Below, piece by piece: positions 1 through 9,536 of a stretch of 64,000 nt of DNA. The notes under the pieces were generated by a model. The model was not told where the DNA came from, did not search any database, and saw nothing but the letters and a program-made list of their open reading frames with translations. The position numbers and the translations under genes were made by a program. This DNA comes from Gemmatimonadota bacterium (GTDB lineage Bacteria; Latescibacterota; UBA2968; UBA8231), in assembly GCA_038128265.1 (NCBI GenBank), contig JAYPJE010000007.1, positions 8,384 through 72,383 on the forward strand, given 5' to 3'. Numbering within the stretch: position 1 is the stretch's first letter; each line of letters begins with the position of its first letter.

Positions 1-1648
1 GTTTGCGCTAAACTACGCCCTAAGCGGATACGAAACCTGGAGCTATCACCTGCTCTCGCTGCTGCTGCATTTAGGCTGCGTTGGTTTGGTTGCAGCGATA
101 GGGCGCGTGCTACTCGGAACGAGTCGGGGCGCCTGGTGGGCCGCCTGCCTCTTTGCTATCCATCCGATAAACAGCGAGTCGCTCAATTACATCAGCAGCC
201 GCTCTGAAATTATGGCGGCGCTGTTTTTTCTCCTTGCTTTTTGGATCTATCTACAGACGCATTGGCGCGTCGAACGCTGGGTTGCCTGTATTGCGCTTGC
301 CTACGCCTGTGCGCTCTTGGGCAAATCCATTGCGATTGTCCTGCCTGCCGTGCTTCTCGCGCATGCGTGGCTTGTCGGTGCTCGTCGCTCAGGACTGCCG
401 GCGCTGTTTGCTGCACTCGCTGGGGTTGCTCTGGCCTATCTAGCCGTCGTATGGAAATTCCTCGCTCGCGCGACGGTGGGCGAGCCCGTGCGCTCCTACG
501 ACGAGCAGGTGTGGACTCAGGTAAAAGCCCTTGTTTTCTACATCAAAATGGTGCTATGGCCTAGCGGGCAGAGCATTGATCACCAATTTCTCATTTCCGA
601 CACTCCGCTCGACCCAATTGCCGCGTTGGCGCTTCTGTTCGTGCTGTCGCTGACGCTACTGGCCTGGCGCTATCGGCACGGGCATCCAGCTCCGACCTTT
701 TTTCTCGCCTGGTTTCTGTTCGTTCTGGCGCCATCGTCGCTCGTGCCCTTAAACGTATTGGTCAACGAGCACAGGCTGTACTTGCCGGGCGTGGCCCTTT
801 TCTATGCGCTGGGCTATGCGCTCAACCGCCTCGTGCAGTGCTGGTCGTCCCAGCGCAGCGCGATCGAAGCGGCAGCGTTGGTGATCGCCGTGGGCATGGC
901 GGCGGCCACCGTGCAGCGCAATGCCGTGTGGGCTAGCCCACTGGCGCTGTGGCAGTCGGCAGCTGAGCGCGCTCCGCTTATGGCGCGCCCCCACATGTAC
1001 TGGGGCGGAGCGCTGGAAGAGCGCGGGCAGTTTGCCGGTGCGATTAGGGCCTACGAGCACGCCCTGCGACGGGACCCCGGCTTTGCCCCGCTGCACCGGC
1101 GCCTGGGGGCCGCATATATGGAAGTCGATCAGACCGAGCGCGCGATCGCCCTGTTTGAGCGCGGGGTGGCACTCGACCCAACGGACGGCCCCATGTGGTT
1201 GGGCTTGGGTGAGGCGCTGCGCATGGGAGGGCGCTGGCAGGAAAGCTTGAGTGCCTACCAGCGCGCCGTGAACCTAATGCCCGATGACAGTGGGGCGCAC
1301 AACAACTTAGGCAATACCTATCAGGTGTTAGAGCGTCCAGAGCAGGCCCTTGAGCACCACCTGCGCGCGCGGGCGCTGGCCCCAAACGACGCGCAGACGC
1401 AGGTTAACCTGGGCAATGCCTACGCGATGCTGGGTAAGAGCACGGAGGCGTTGGAAGCCTATTCCAAGGCGGTGGATATCGATCCACAATACGGTGGTGC
1501 TTGGTTGAATATGGCCAGCGCGCTGGAGCGTGCTGGCCAAACCCGGGATGCTCTTTCAGCCTACGAGCGGGCGCGGGTGCTCACTGCTGACAAGGGTCCA
1601 TATTTGCAGGCGAAGATTGCTGCACTGCGCGAGGTGCTCGGTGAATAG
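1..1648 (+). CDS. TMTC-like GT-C-fold membrane protein with C-terminal TPR domain, paralog 1 (5' end off the window)
   Basis: The frame is open from nt 2 (FALNYALSGYETWSYHLLSLLLH...), so the ORF-track Met at 86 is internal. It shares the family motifs LNYISSRSE, LGKSIAIVLPAV, PLNVLVNEHRLYLPG and QRNAVW..LW with the five downstream genes. The C-terminal half is TPR-like (NNLGNTYQ, VNLGNAYA, AYSKAVDIDPQY). Confidence 0.8.
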   Translation, partial: FALNYALSGYETWSYHLLSLLLHLGCVGLVAAIGRVLLGTSRGAWWAACLFAIHPINSESLNYISSRSEIMAALFFLLAFWIYLQTHWRVERWVACIALAYACALLGKSIAIVLPAVLLAHAWLVGARRSGLPALFAALAGVALAYLAVVWKFLARATVGEPVRSYDEQVWTQVKALVFYIKMVLWPSGQSIDHQFLISDTPLDPIAALALLFVLSLTLLAWRYRHGHPAPTFFLAWFLFVLAPSSLVPLNVLVNEHRLYLPGVALFYALGYALNRLVQCWSSQRSAIEAAALVIAVGMAAATVQRNAVWASPLALWQSAAERAPLMARPHMYWGGALEERGQFAGAIRAYEHALRRDPGFAPLHRRLGAAYMEVDQTERAIALFERGVALDPTDGPMWLGLGEALRMGGRWQESLSAYQRAVNLMPDDSGAHNNLGNTYQVLERPEQALEHHLRARALAPNDAQTQVNLGNAYAMLGKSTEALEAYSKAVDIDPQYGGAWLNMASALERAGQTRDALSAYERARVLTADKGPYLQAKIAALREVLGE

Positions 1649-3803
1649 GGCCCTGTGCATCGCCGCCGTGTGTGGTCTGCTCTATGCCAATGCGCTGAGC
1701 GGATCGTTTCACTACGACGACTTCCACTCGATTGTCGACAATCCCCACCTGCGCTCGTTGGCCAACGTGCCGGCTTTTTTTGCCGATCCCGATATGTTTT
1801 CCGGCGATCCCGAAAAGAGCATGTATCGCCCGCTGCTCCTGCTGACCTACGCATTCAACTACGCGGTCGGAGGGTATGAGCCCTGGGGATATCTGTTGGT
1901 CAACCTGCTCTTACACGTCTTGGTGAGCGTGCTCGTCGCTCTGCTGGCCGAAAGAATGTTGGTCAGCGCGCGCGCCGGTTGGGTCGCCGGGATGCTCTTT
2001 GCCGTTCATCCGCTGGCAACGGAGTTGGTCAACTACGTCAGCAGCCGATCGGAGTCGTTGGCGGCTTGTTTATACTTGCTGGTTCTGGCCGCCCATGGGC
2101 GCGTAGTTAGGGGGGGGAGCTCGGCCGCTATCGGTGCATACGGCGGCGCGCTGCTGGCTAAATCCGTGGCGATCAGCGCGCCGCTGGCCGCCCTAGCGTG
2201 GGATTGGGGGCAGGGGCGAGCACTGCGCGTGCGGGTCTGGGCTCCCTATGGTGCAGTGGCTCTCTGCTATGCGGTCATCGTCTATCTAAATCGTTTTATC
2301 GGCGATTCGCTCGCTGCTCCGGTGCGCCCCCTGGCGGTGCAGCTATGGACGCAGCTCAAAGCACCGGCCTATTACCTCTACTTGGCTTTTATGCCGGTAA
2401 AGCTCAATGTGCATCACCAATTTTTCACTTCGTCAGGACTTGCTGACCCAGCCGTTTGCCTGGGTTTGGCGCTGGTCCTGAGTATGCTATATATCGGCTG
2501 GCGTGGATGGCGCACGCCCGTGGGCTGGTCTATGCTGTGGGCCGGCTTGGTCCTCGCGCCCACCTTTATCATGCCGCTCAATATGTTGGTTAACGAGCGA
2601 CGTTTGTACTTGCCGATGGCCGGTCTGGCATTCGCGTTGGGGTGGGTTTTGCGTCGTACTTCCGTGCCGACTTCGCTAGGGCTGATCGCGGTACTACTCT
2701 ATGCAGGGCTTACGATTCAGCGCAATGCAGTCTGGCAAGACGAACTGAGTCTGTGGGCGGACGCTGCCGAGAGGGCGCCGCAAATGCACGCGGTGCAGAA
2801 CAATCTGGGCAAGGCCCTGCAGGAAGATGGACGATGGGACGAGGCGCTAGTCGCGTATGGGCGCGCCGCAGCGATTGATCCCCGGCACGGCGATGCCTAT
2901 AACAACGCGGCGACGATTTACCATTTGCGCGGCAAAGAAATGCTCGCCGAAGGTAGGAAAGCGGAGGGCATGGCTTCTCTGCGTCGGGCCCAGGACGCGT
3001 ATCGGAAGGCCCTTGCGGTCTATCCAACGTACGAAGAAATACATCAGAATTTGGCCGTTGCCTGCGCCGAGCTCGGAGAGATAGATCAGGCATTTACCCA
3101 CTACGCGCGCGCGCTGGAACTCAACCCGCAGCGCGGCGACGTGTGGAATAACTACGGACAGCTGCTGTATGACAGTGGTCGTTTGGAACAAGCGGAAGCC
3201 GCATTTGTGCGTGCCATTGAAGCCCAGCCGGAACAGGCTGAGCCCTACAACAATCTGGGCAATATATACGCCGACAGGGGGGATTGGGAGCGGAGCGTTC
3301 GCTCTTACGAAGAGGCATTGGGGCGTGCGGGAACGCAGCGCCAGGCCGTTTTTGTCAATCTGGTTGCGGCGCTGCGCAACGCCCAACAGTATGATCGGGC
3401 GCGCGCACTCCTGCAGGAGCAGATGGCGGCGGGGGGACGGGATGATCGATGGCTTTACCAACTCGCGTTGGTCGAACGCGCGGCCGGTCGCTTAGGCGAA
3501 GCCGAACGCGTGTTGGCAAGCGCGGCGGCGGCGGGCGGGGCCATACAAACACTGGTGCTGTGGGGCGAGGTCTTGGGCGATCTGCAGCGCTACGGCGAGG
3601 CCGCCCAGCGCTTCCAGGACGCACTGGCTTCCGACGGGACCAACGCCCGCGCCTTATATGGCTTGGGCGTTGCGCAGATGCAGGGAGGGCAGCCCCAATC
3701 GGCGCTGGTTACGCTGCGCGCATTTTTGCGGCAATGGCGTTCAGACGACGAGCGCGCGCGGCGGGTGCGCGCGTGGATTGCCCAGCTGGAGGGGGCGCCG
3801 TGA
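1641..3803 (+). CDS. TMTC-like GT-C-fold membrane protein with C-terminal TPR domain, paralog 2 (720 aa)
   Basis: GTG at 1641 overlaps the upstream stop (GTGAATAG). The N-terminus is VNRALCIAAVCGLLYANALSGSFHYDDFHSIVDNPHLRSL. Motifs present: MYRPLLLLTYAFNYA, VNYVSSRSESLAA, LAKSVAISAP, PLNMLVNERRLYLP, QRNAVWQDELSLW. It has a long TPR tail. The ORF-track start at 1530 adds only an Arg/Cys-rich extension inside gene 1. Confidence 0.8.
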   Translation: MNRALCIAAVCGLLYANALSGSFHYDDFHSIVDNPHLRSLANVPAFFADPDMFSGDPEKSMYRPLLLLTYAFNYAVGGYEPWGYLLVNLLLHVLVSVLVALLAERMLVSARAGWVAGMLFAVHPLATELVNYVSSRSESLAACLYLLVLAAHGRVVRGGSSAAIGAYGGALLAKSVAISAPLAALAWDWGQGRALRVRVWAPYGAVALCYAVIVYLNRFIGDSLAAPVRPLAVQLWTQLKAPAYYLYLAFMPVKLNVHHQFFTSSGLADPAVCLGLALVLSMLYIGWRGWRTPVGWSMLWAGLVLAPTFIMPLNMLVNERRLYLPMAGLAFALGWVLRRTSVPTSLGLIAVLLYAGLTIQRNAVWQDELSLWADAAERAPQMHAVQNNLGKALQEDGRWDEALVAYGRAAAIDPRHGDAYNNAATIYHLRGKEMLAEGRKAEGMASLRRAQDAYRKALAVYPTYEEIHQNLAVACAELGEIDQAFTHYARALELNPQRGDVWNNYGQLLYDSGRLEQAEAAFVRAIEAQPEQAEPYNNLGNIYADRGDWERSVRSYEEALGRAGTQRQAVFVNLVAALRNAQQYDRARALLQEQMAAGGRDDRWLYQLALVERAAGRLGEAERVLASAAAAGGAIQTLVLWGEVLGDLQRYGEAAQRFQDALASDGTNARALYGLGVAQMQGGQPQSALVTLRAFLRQWRSDDERARRVRAWIAQLEGAP

Positions 3804-5692
3804 GCGGCCTGCCGATTGCTCGCGCAGTGGGCCTGACCGTGGGGGTCTGGCTGGTCTATGGCCAGGCACTAGGTGGGGGCTTTCACTACGACGACTTCCA
3901 TTCACTGGTTTTCAATCCGCATCTGCGCGACTTGGGCAATATAGGCGCTTTCTTTACGGAGCCTGGTCTGTTTTCGGTGGATCCAAACAAGGCGATGTAT
4001 CGCCCTCTGGTGTTGGTCAGCTACGCGCTCAATTACGCTTGGGGTCAATATAGTCCGGCCGGCTATCTGTTCGTCAATATATCTATTCATCTGACTAATG
4101 TGCTGCTGGTCTGGTCTATTGGCAGACGGCTGGGCCTGAGCGAAAATGGATCGCTGTGGGCCGCTGTGCTGTTTTGCTTCCATCCGCTGGTGGGCGAACC
4201 AATAAACTACGTTAGTAGCCGTTCGGAGAGTTTAGCCGTTGCCGGGCAGCTCGCTGCGTTCTACTTCTACCTGCAAACGGGACGGCGTTGGTGGCCGTGG
4301 CTGAGTTGGGGAGCGCTGCTATGCGCACTGCTGGCCAAGTCCATTGCCGCGGTGCTGCCGGCCGTGCTGCTGGCCTACGAAGTGCTGTGGCGGGGGCAGA
4401 GCGTGTCTTGGCGTCGGCATGCCCCGTACTGGGTAATTACTGGAGCGTATATCGGGGTTATCAGCGCCAACCGCTTTTTGGGCACCTCGCTATCGAACGC
4501 GCCGCGCGGACTCTATGAACAGCTGCTCACGCAGGGAAAGGCCCTGGTATACTACGCCTATTTACTCGCTGAGCCCGTGCATCTGAGCGTCGAACATCCG
4601 TTTTCGGTGTCCAACAGAATGGGTGTCGAGCCGCTACTGGCACTGGGAGCGGTGGTCAGCTTGGTCGTTGTCGCGTTGGTGCAGGGCGATCGCCGCCTGC
4701 GCTTTTTTCTGTGCTGGGGCGGATTGTCGCTGCTGCCGACGGTGCTGGTGCCGCTCAACGTATTGGTCAACGAGCACCGGTTGTATATGCTCGTGGCAGT
4801 GATGTCCATTGCGCTGGGAATGGGCTGGGAGCGATGGGAGCGGCCGGTGCGGTGGAGTCTATGTGTGTGGGTGATCGTTGCCGGGATGCTATCCCATCAG
4901 CGCATTGCGGTTTGGCGCGACGAACTCAGCCTTTGGCAGGATGCAGCGCATAAGGGGCCGCACATGGTGCGGCCGCAGGTCTTTCTCGGCAATGCCTGGC
5001 GGGCGGCAGGGGATTATCCGGCCGCTCGTGCAGCCTATGAACGCGCACTGGAATTGGATCCGCACCACCGCTCGGCGCGCACGAATTTAGCCAATGTCTA
5101 TCTCGAAGCGGCTGGGGGGGACCAGGCGCAGGCACCCTTGCTGTTGGAGCGCGCAGAGCGACACTATCGGCAGGTGTTGGATTCCGATCCCAGTTATCGC
5201 GAGGCCCTCACCAACCTGGGCAGCCTATATATGCTGCGCGGCGAGTGGACGCGCGCTGATGGGGTGCTGTCGGCCGCGATTGAGCAGCATCCCTACTACG
5301 CCGATGGCTATTTTAACCTGGGTTTGGTGCGCGTGGAGCTTGGAGATAGTGCCGCCGCCGTTGCGCTATTTAAACGCGCGCTAGCGTTGGACGAGGGGGC
5401 TGAGATATGGTATGAATTAGCCAATGCGCATGCTCGACTCGACCAGCTGGATGCCGCGGCAGCGGCCTATCGACAGGCCCTCAGTCGAGATCGGGCGGTA
5501 GAGGGTGCGTTGTATAACTTGGCCGAGGTGCTGCTCGTGGCCGGCGAGCGGGCCGGAGCCGCTGCTGGGGATGCTCGGGGTATTGCCCTGTGGCGCGAAG
5601 CGGGAGAGGCTTTGGAAGAGCTGTTGGAACGCGATCCGCGTCACGTGCGTGCAAATCAGCGCTTAGACCAACTGCGCGAGCGCATGCCGTGA
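3800..5692 (+). CDS. TMTC-like GT-C-fold membrane protein with C-terminal TPR domain, paralog 3 (630 aa)
   Basis: GTG at 3800 forms a GTGA overlap with the upstream stop. The N-terminus is VSGLPIARAVGLTVGVWLVYGQALGGGFHYDDFHSLVFNPHLRDL. Motifs present: MYRPLVLVSYALNYA, INYVSSRSESLA, LAKSIAAVLPAV, PLNVLVNEHRLYM, VWRDELSLW, followed by a TPR tail. Confidence 0.8.
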   Translation: MSGLPIARAVGLTVGVWLVYGQALGGGFHYDDFHSLVFNPHLRDLGNIGAFFTEPGLFSVDPNKAMYRPLVLVSYALNYAWGQYSPAGYLFVNISIHLTNVLLVWSIGRRLGLSENGSLWAAVLFCFHPLVGEPINYVSSRSESLAVAGQLAAFYFYLQTGRRWWPWLSWGALLCALLAKSIAAVLPAVLLAYEVLWRGQSVSWRRHAPYWVITGAYIGVISANRFLGTSLSNAPRGLYEQLLTQGKALVYYAYLLAEPVHLSVEHPFSVSNRMGVEPLLALGAVVSLVVVALVQGDRRLRFFLCWGGLSLLPTVLVPLNVLVNEHRLYMLVAVMSIALGMGWERWERPVRWSLCVWVIVAGMLSHQRIAVWRDELSLWQDAAHKGPHMVRPQVFLGNAWRAAGDYPAARAAYERALELDPHHRSARTNLANVYLEAAGGDQAQAPLLLERAERHYRQVLDSDPSYREALTNLGSLYMLRGEWTRADGVLSAAIEQHPYYADGYFNLGLVRVELGDSAAAVALFKRALALDEGAEIWYELANAHARLDQLDAAAAAYRQALSRDRAVEGALYNLAEVLLVAGERAGAAAGDARGIALWREAGEALEELLERDPRHVRANQRLDQLRERMP

Positions 5693-7668
5693 AAAGGCTA
5701 TACGGAGTGCTCATCGCCCATCGGAGCGTCTCCGCGCTCCTGCTAGTGGCCTGTTCCGCGCTGCTCTACGCAAATTCGCTCGATAATGGCTTTCAATACG
5801 ACGACCGCCATTCGATTGTAGAGAATCCGCATATTCGCGACCTGGGTAATCTCAGTGCTTTTTTCTATGACCCCACCCTTTTTTCACGCGACGCCGACAA
5901 GGCGATGTACCGCCCCTTGCTGCTAGCAACGCTCGCGCTGAACCACGCTTGGAGTGGCTACGAACCCTTTTCGTATCACCTGATAAACTGGGCGCTGCAC
6001 GCCCTGTGTGCGCTGTTGGTGTGGGGCATTTTGCTGGGAGCACAGCGACCTCCGTGCTTGGCCCTGTTGGGTGGACTGCTCTTTGCCTTGCATCCGCTCT
6101 GCAGCGAGCCGGTAAACTATATCAGTTCACGCTCTGAGCTGCTCGCCGCTACGGGGGCCCTTGCTGCCCTTTGGCTCTATATGCGAGATCGAGAGGTCGG
6201 CGCATATTGGTCGCTTGTGCTTTCGCTGCTCTGCTTCACCGCCGGATTGTTTGCCAAATCGGTGGCTATCGTTGCACCGGTGTGGTTGGTGGCGTGGGAT
6301 GTGCAGCGGGGACGGGGGGTGCGCTGGCTGCGCTACCTGCCCTATGGAATGGTTGCGCTGGGCTATCTTGCGCTAGTGGGGCAGGCCCTCGAGCGCGCTG
6401 TGCTGGGGGAGCCAGTGCGCACAATGGGCGTCCAGTTGGCCACGCAAGCCAAGGCGTTGGTCTACTATGTCTATTTAGCATGGTCGCCCTTCCACCTCAG
6501 CGTCGACCACGCCTTTGCCGAGTCGAACCCGGCTGATCCGCTGGTTTGGTTGGCGCTCTTTGCCCTGATTTCGTGTGTTGTAGTTGTACTGCGGTGCCGA
6601 GGGGAATATCTGGGATGGGTGCTGGCGCTCAGCGCACTGCTGCCGACGCTTATTGTGCCGCTCAACGTGCTGGTTAATGAACACCGACTCTATTTGCCCG
6701 TTGCAGGGTTGGCCATTGTGCTAACTGGAATACGCGGATTGGAAAGGGTGCCCGGTATGGGGTGGGGGGCGCCGCTGCTGCTGTGCTTGCTCTCGGCGCT
6801 GACGCTGCAGCGCAATGCCGACTGGCGCGACGAGTTTAGCCTGTGGAGCGCCGCGCACCGCACCAATCCCCACTCCGTGCGTCCGCTGGTCTACATGGGC
6901 AATGCCGCGCGGTCCGAGGGAGATGCAGCGCGCGCGCGCATGGCCTATGGCAAAGCACTAGAATTGGATCCGCAAAATGCCGTTGTGCTGGCCGGATTGG
7001 GGGGGGTATTTATGGACGGCGGGCAACTGGACCAGTCCGTCGAGCTGTATGCCCGGGCCCTGGAGGCCCAGCCAGCAATGGTGGATTTGCACTATAGTTT
7101 GGCGCGTGCACTGCAGGAAGGCGGTCGTTATGCCGAGGCGCGCAGGCACTACGCCGCTCTGGATGGCAACAGTCCCCATCGATCGATCGCCCTCAATAAT
7201 ATTGGCACGACTTTTGAACTGCAGGGAACGGTGGACAGCGCGCTGGTATACTATCGTCGTTCGGCTGAGGGCGGTGCCCTGGACGGGCGGCACAACCTTG
7301 AACGGTTGGTTGCGCGCTCTGTTGCCGAAGCGGAGCAGGCGTTAGAGGCTGGCGATTGGCCACGCGTCGAACGGGCTGCACGCACTGCGCTGCGGGGAGA
7401 TCGCCAGCATGCCTACGCGCGCTTTTTTCTCAGCGTCAGCCTGCTGCAGCAGGGGCGTGGGGAGGAAAGTATCGCCGAAAACGAGCGCCTGCTGCGCGAG
7501 CGGCCTGATTTTGATGAGGGGTGGCTGCAGTTGGCCAATGCCTACGAAACGGTTGGGCGGCCAGATCTGGCGCGGGGCGCGTACCGTCAGCTGATCGATC
7601 GGGCACAGAGCAAACCCATGCGCACGCTGGCACAGCAGCGACTGCAGCGATTGGAGCAAAGGCAATGA
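5689..7668 (+). CDS. TMTC-like GT-C-fold membrane protein with C-terminal TPR domain, paralog 4 (659 aa)
   Basis: GTG at 5689 forms a GTGA overlap. The N-terminus is VKRLYGVLIAHRSVSALLLVACSALLYANSLDNGFQYDDRHSIVENPHIRDL. Motifs present: MYRPLLLATLALNHA, VNYISSRSELLAA, FAKSVAIVAPV, PLNVLVNEHRLYLP, QRNADWRDEFSLW, followed by a TPR tail. Confidence 0.8.
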   Translation: MKRLYGVLIAHRSVSALLLVACSALLYANSLDNGFQYDDRHSIVENPHIRDLGNLSAFFYDPTLFSRDADKAMYRPLLLATLALNHAWSGYEPFSYHLINWALHALCALLVWGILLGAQRPPCLALLGGLLFALHPLCSEPVNYISSRSELLAATGALAALWLYMRDREVGAYWSLVLSLLCFTAGLFAKSVAIVAPVWLVAWDVQRGRGVRWLRYLPYGMVALGYLALVGQALERAVLGEPVRTMGVQLATQAKALVYYVYLAWSPFHLSVDHAFAESNPADPLVWLALFALISCVVVVLRCRGEYLGWVLALSALLPTLIVPLNVLVNEHRLYLPVAGLAIVLTGIRGLERVPGMGWGAPLLLCLLSALTLQRNADWRDEFSLWSAAHRTNPHSVRPLVYMGNAARSEGDAARARMAYGKALELDPQNAVVLAGLGGVFMDGGQLDQSVELYARALEAQPAMVDLHYSLARALQEGGRYAEARRHYAALDGNSPHRSIALNNIGTTFELQGTVDSALVYYRRSAEGGALDGRHNLERLVARSVAEAEQALEAGDWPRVERAARTALRGDRQHAYARFFLSVSLLQQGRGEESIAENERLLRERPDFDEGWLQLANAYETVGRPDLARGAYRQLIDRAQSKPMRTLAQQRLQRLEQRQ

Positions 7669-9536
7669 GGCATGGTTGGGTTTGGATCGTCGGAGCGTGC
7701 CTGTTGGTCTACGCAAACTCGCTCCAAAACGGCTTTCACTACGACGACGAACACTCGGTCCAGAATAATATCCACATCCGCGATCTGAGCAATATAGGCC
7801 GTTTTTTTTCGGATCCCGCAACGTTTTCGGTCGATCACGACAAGGGCATGTATCGCCCGCTGCTGTTGGTTAGCTATGCCCTCAACTATGCCGTTGGCGG
7901 CTACGAGGTAGGCGGCTACCATCTGGTAAATATTGCACTACACGCGGCCAATGCATCCCTGCTATGGGCCCTGCTGATCGCGATGGGAGCAGGGCGTTCG
8001 GCTGCCCTGATGGCCGGCTTACTCTTTGCGCTGCACCCGTTGGGCAGCGAGCCAGTAAACTATATCAGTTCGCGCTCAGAAAGCCTGGCTGCCCTTTTCT
8101 ACCTGGGCGGTCTATGGGCTTTTGTCCTGGCCCAGCATAGAGGGAGCCGCGCTTACCGCACGCTGTCCTGGGGCTGTTTGCTCTGCGGGTTATTGAGCAA
8201 GTCGAGCGCTATCACGCTGCCGGCCGTGCTCTTGCTGTATGAAATAATTGTCCTGCGCGGAGCGACGAGCTGGCGTTTGGGACGCGATGTGCTGCGGCGC
8301 CACGGCCCCTACTGGATTGTATCATTCGGCTACATCGCGCTGATCGTGGCCAACCGCTTTTTGACCACTTCGCTGTCCAAGCGCGTGCGTGGGATGGACG
8401 AGCAGCTGCCGACGCAGATCAAAGCCTTGGCCTTCTATGCCAAGCTGCTAGTCTGGCCTCATGGTTTAAATGTGGAGCACCAATTTGCCGTTTCAACCGC
8501 CGGGGCCGCGGCCGTTTGGCCGGCGGTCCTGCTGTTGATCAGCGTTGCGCTAGGCCTGCTGTGGCTGCAGCGCAAAACAAAGCGTGGTCTGCTGTTCCTA
8601 TCTTGTTGGTCTTTGGTCGCGTTGCTGCCCGTAGCTATTATGCCGCTCAACGTGCTGGTCAACGAACGGCGGCTCTACGTGCCCGCTGCCGCCTTTTGTG
8701 CGGCGCTGGCGCTGCTGTTACACCGCCCGAGTCTGCGCCGGCATACACTGCGCATCGGCGGGGCCGTCTTGGTAGTGTATGCCCTGCTGACCTGGCAGCG
8801 CAATGGGGTGTGGGAGAACGACTTTACCCTGTGGGAAGACGCTGTATCCAAGGCACCGCTGATGCCGCGTGCACACCTATATATGGGCAATGCGCACAAA
8901 GACGCTGCGTTTATGCAGCGGGCCGGTAGTTCGCAGGCCGGTGCGCACTGGGAACAGGCGCGCGCAGCATACCGTCGGGCCCTCGAACTTCAGCCCAGCG
9001 GTGAGTTGGCGCTTCGCGCATTAAACAACCTGGGTGCGGTGAGCTTTGTGCTGCGCGACGTGGAGGGGGCAGAGCGGGCCTACCTGCGCGCCGTCGAACT
9101 CAACCCCCGCTTCGCCGATGCGCTGGTCAACCTCGGCACGGTTTATCACGATCGCGGGCGCAATACCAGCGGCGTGGCCGGAAGACAGCTGTTGGGAAAA
9201 TCCGTGGAGTACTACCGGCGCGCGCTGCAGCAACTGCCCAACCACGCCGATGCCTGGGCCAATATGGGGTTGGCCTATCACGATATGGGTGATTTCGCAG
9301 GGGCGCGGCAGGCCTACGAGCGGGCCCTATATCTGAACCCGCGCAACGAGCGGCTGTTGAATAACTTAGGCAATTACTACGCCGCGCTGGCAGAGCAATC
9401 CCAAGGGGCGGAGCGACAGCGCAATCTGCTGGAGGCGCGCTCCTATTTTCAACGAGCGCTGGGTCTCAATCCGGCCTATGCAGGGCCGCGCAGCGGGCTA
9501 CAGTTTGTAGAAGACGCTTTGAAGCAGTTGCAATGA
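7665..9536 (+). CDS. TMTC-like GT-C-fold membrane protein with C-terminal TPR domain, paralog 5 (623 aa)
   Basis: ATG at 7665 forms an ATGA overlap. The N-terminus is MRHGWVWIVGACLLVYANSLQNGFHYDDEHSVQNNIHIRDL. Motifs present: MYRPLLLVSYALNYA, VNYISSRSESLAA, LSKSSAITLPAV, PLNVLVNERRLYVP, QRNGVWENDFTLW, followed by a TPR tail. Confidence 0.8.
   Translation: MRHGWVWIVGACLLVYANSLQNGFHYDDEHSVQNNIHIRDLSNIGRFFSDPATFSVDHDKGMYRPLLLVSYALNYAVGGYEVGGYHLVNIALHAANASLLWALLIAMGAGRSAALMAGLLFALHPLGSEPVNYISSRSESLAALFYLGGLWAFVLAQHRGSRAYRTLSWGCLLCGLLSKSSAITLPAVLLLYEIIVLRGATSWRLGRDVLRRHGPYWIVSFGYIALIVANRFLTTSLSKRVRGMDEQLPTQIKALAFYAKLLVWPHGLNVEHQFAVSTAGAAAVWPAVLLLISVALGLLWLQRKTKRGLLFLSCWSLVALLPVAIMPLNVLVNERRLYVPAAAFCAALALLLHRPSLRRHTLRIGGAVLVVYALLTWQRNGVWENDFTLWEDAVSKAPLMPRAHLYMGNAHKDAAFMQRAGSSQAGAHWEQARAAYRRALELQPSGELALRALNNLGAVSFVLRDVEGAERAYLRAVELNPRFADALVNLGTVYHDRGRNTSGVAGRQLLGKSVEYYRRALQQLPNHADAWANMGLAYHDMGDFAGARQAYERALYLNPRNERLLNNLGNYYAALAEQSQGAERQRNLLEARSYFQRALGLNPAYAGPRSGLQFVEDALKQLQ

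Noticed and set aside
1530-7664. ORF-track N-terminal extensions of the GT-C/TPR paralogs (starts at 1530, 3449, 5590, 7521), which could suggest long gene overlaps or fused proteins.
   Set aside because: The extensions lie inside the preceding gene, are Arg/Gly/Ala-rich and are not conserved between paralogs. Family conservation starts exactly at the overlapping GTG/ATG codons.
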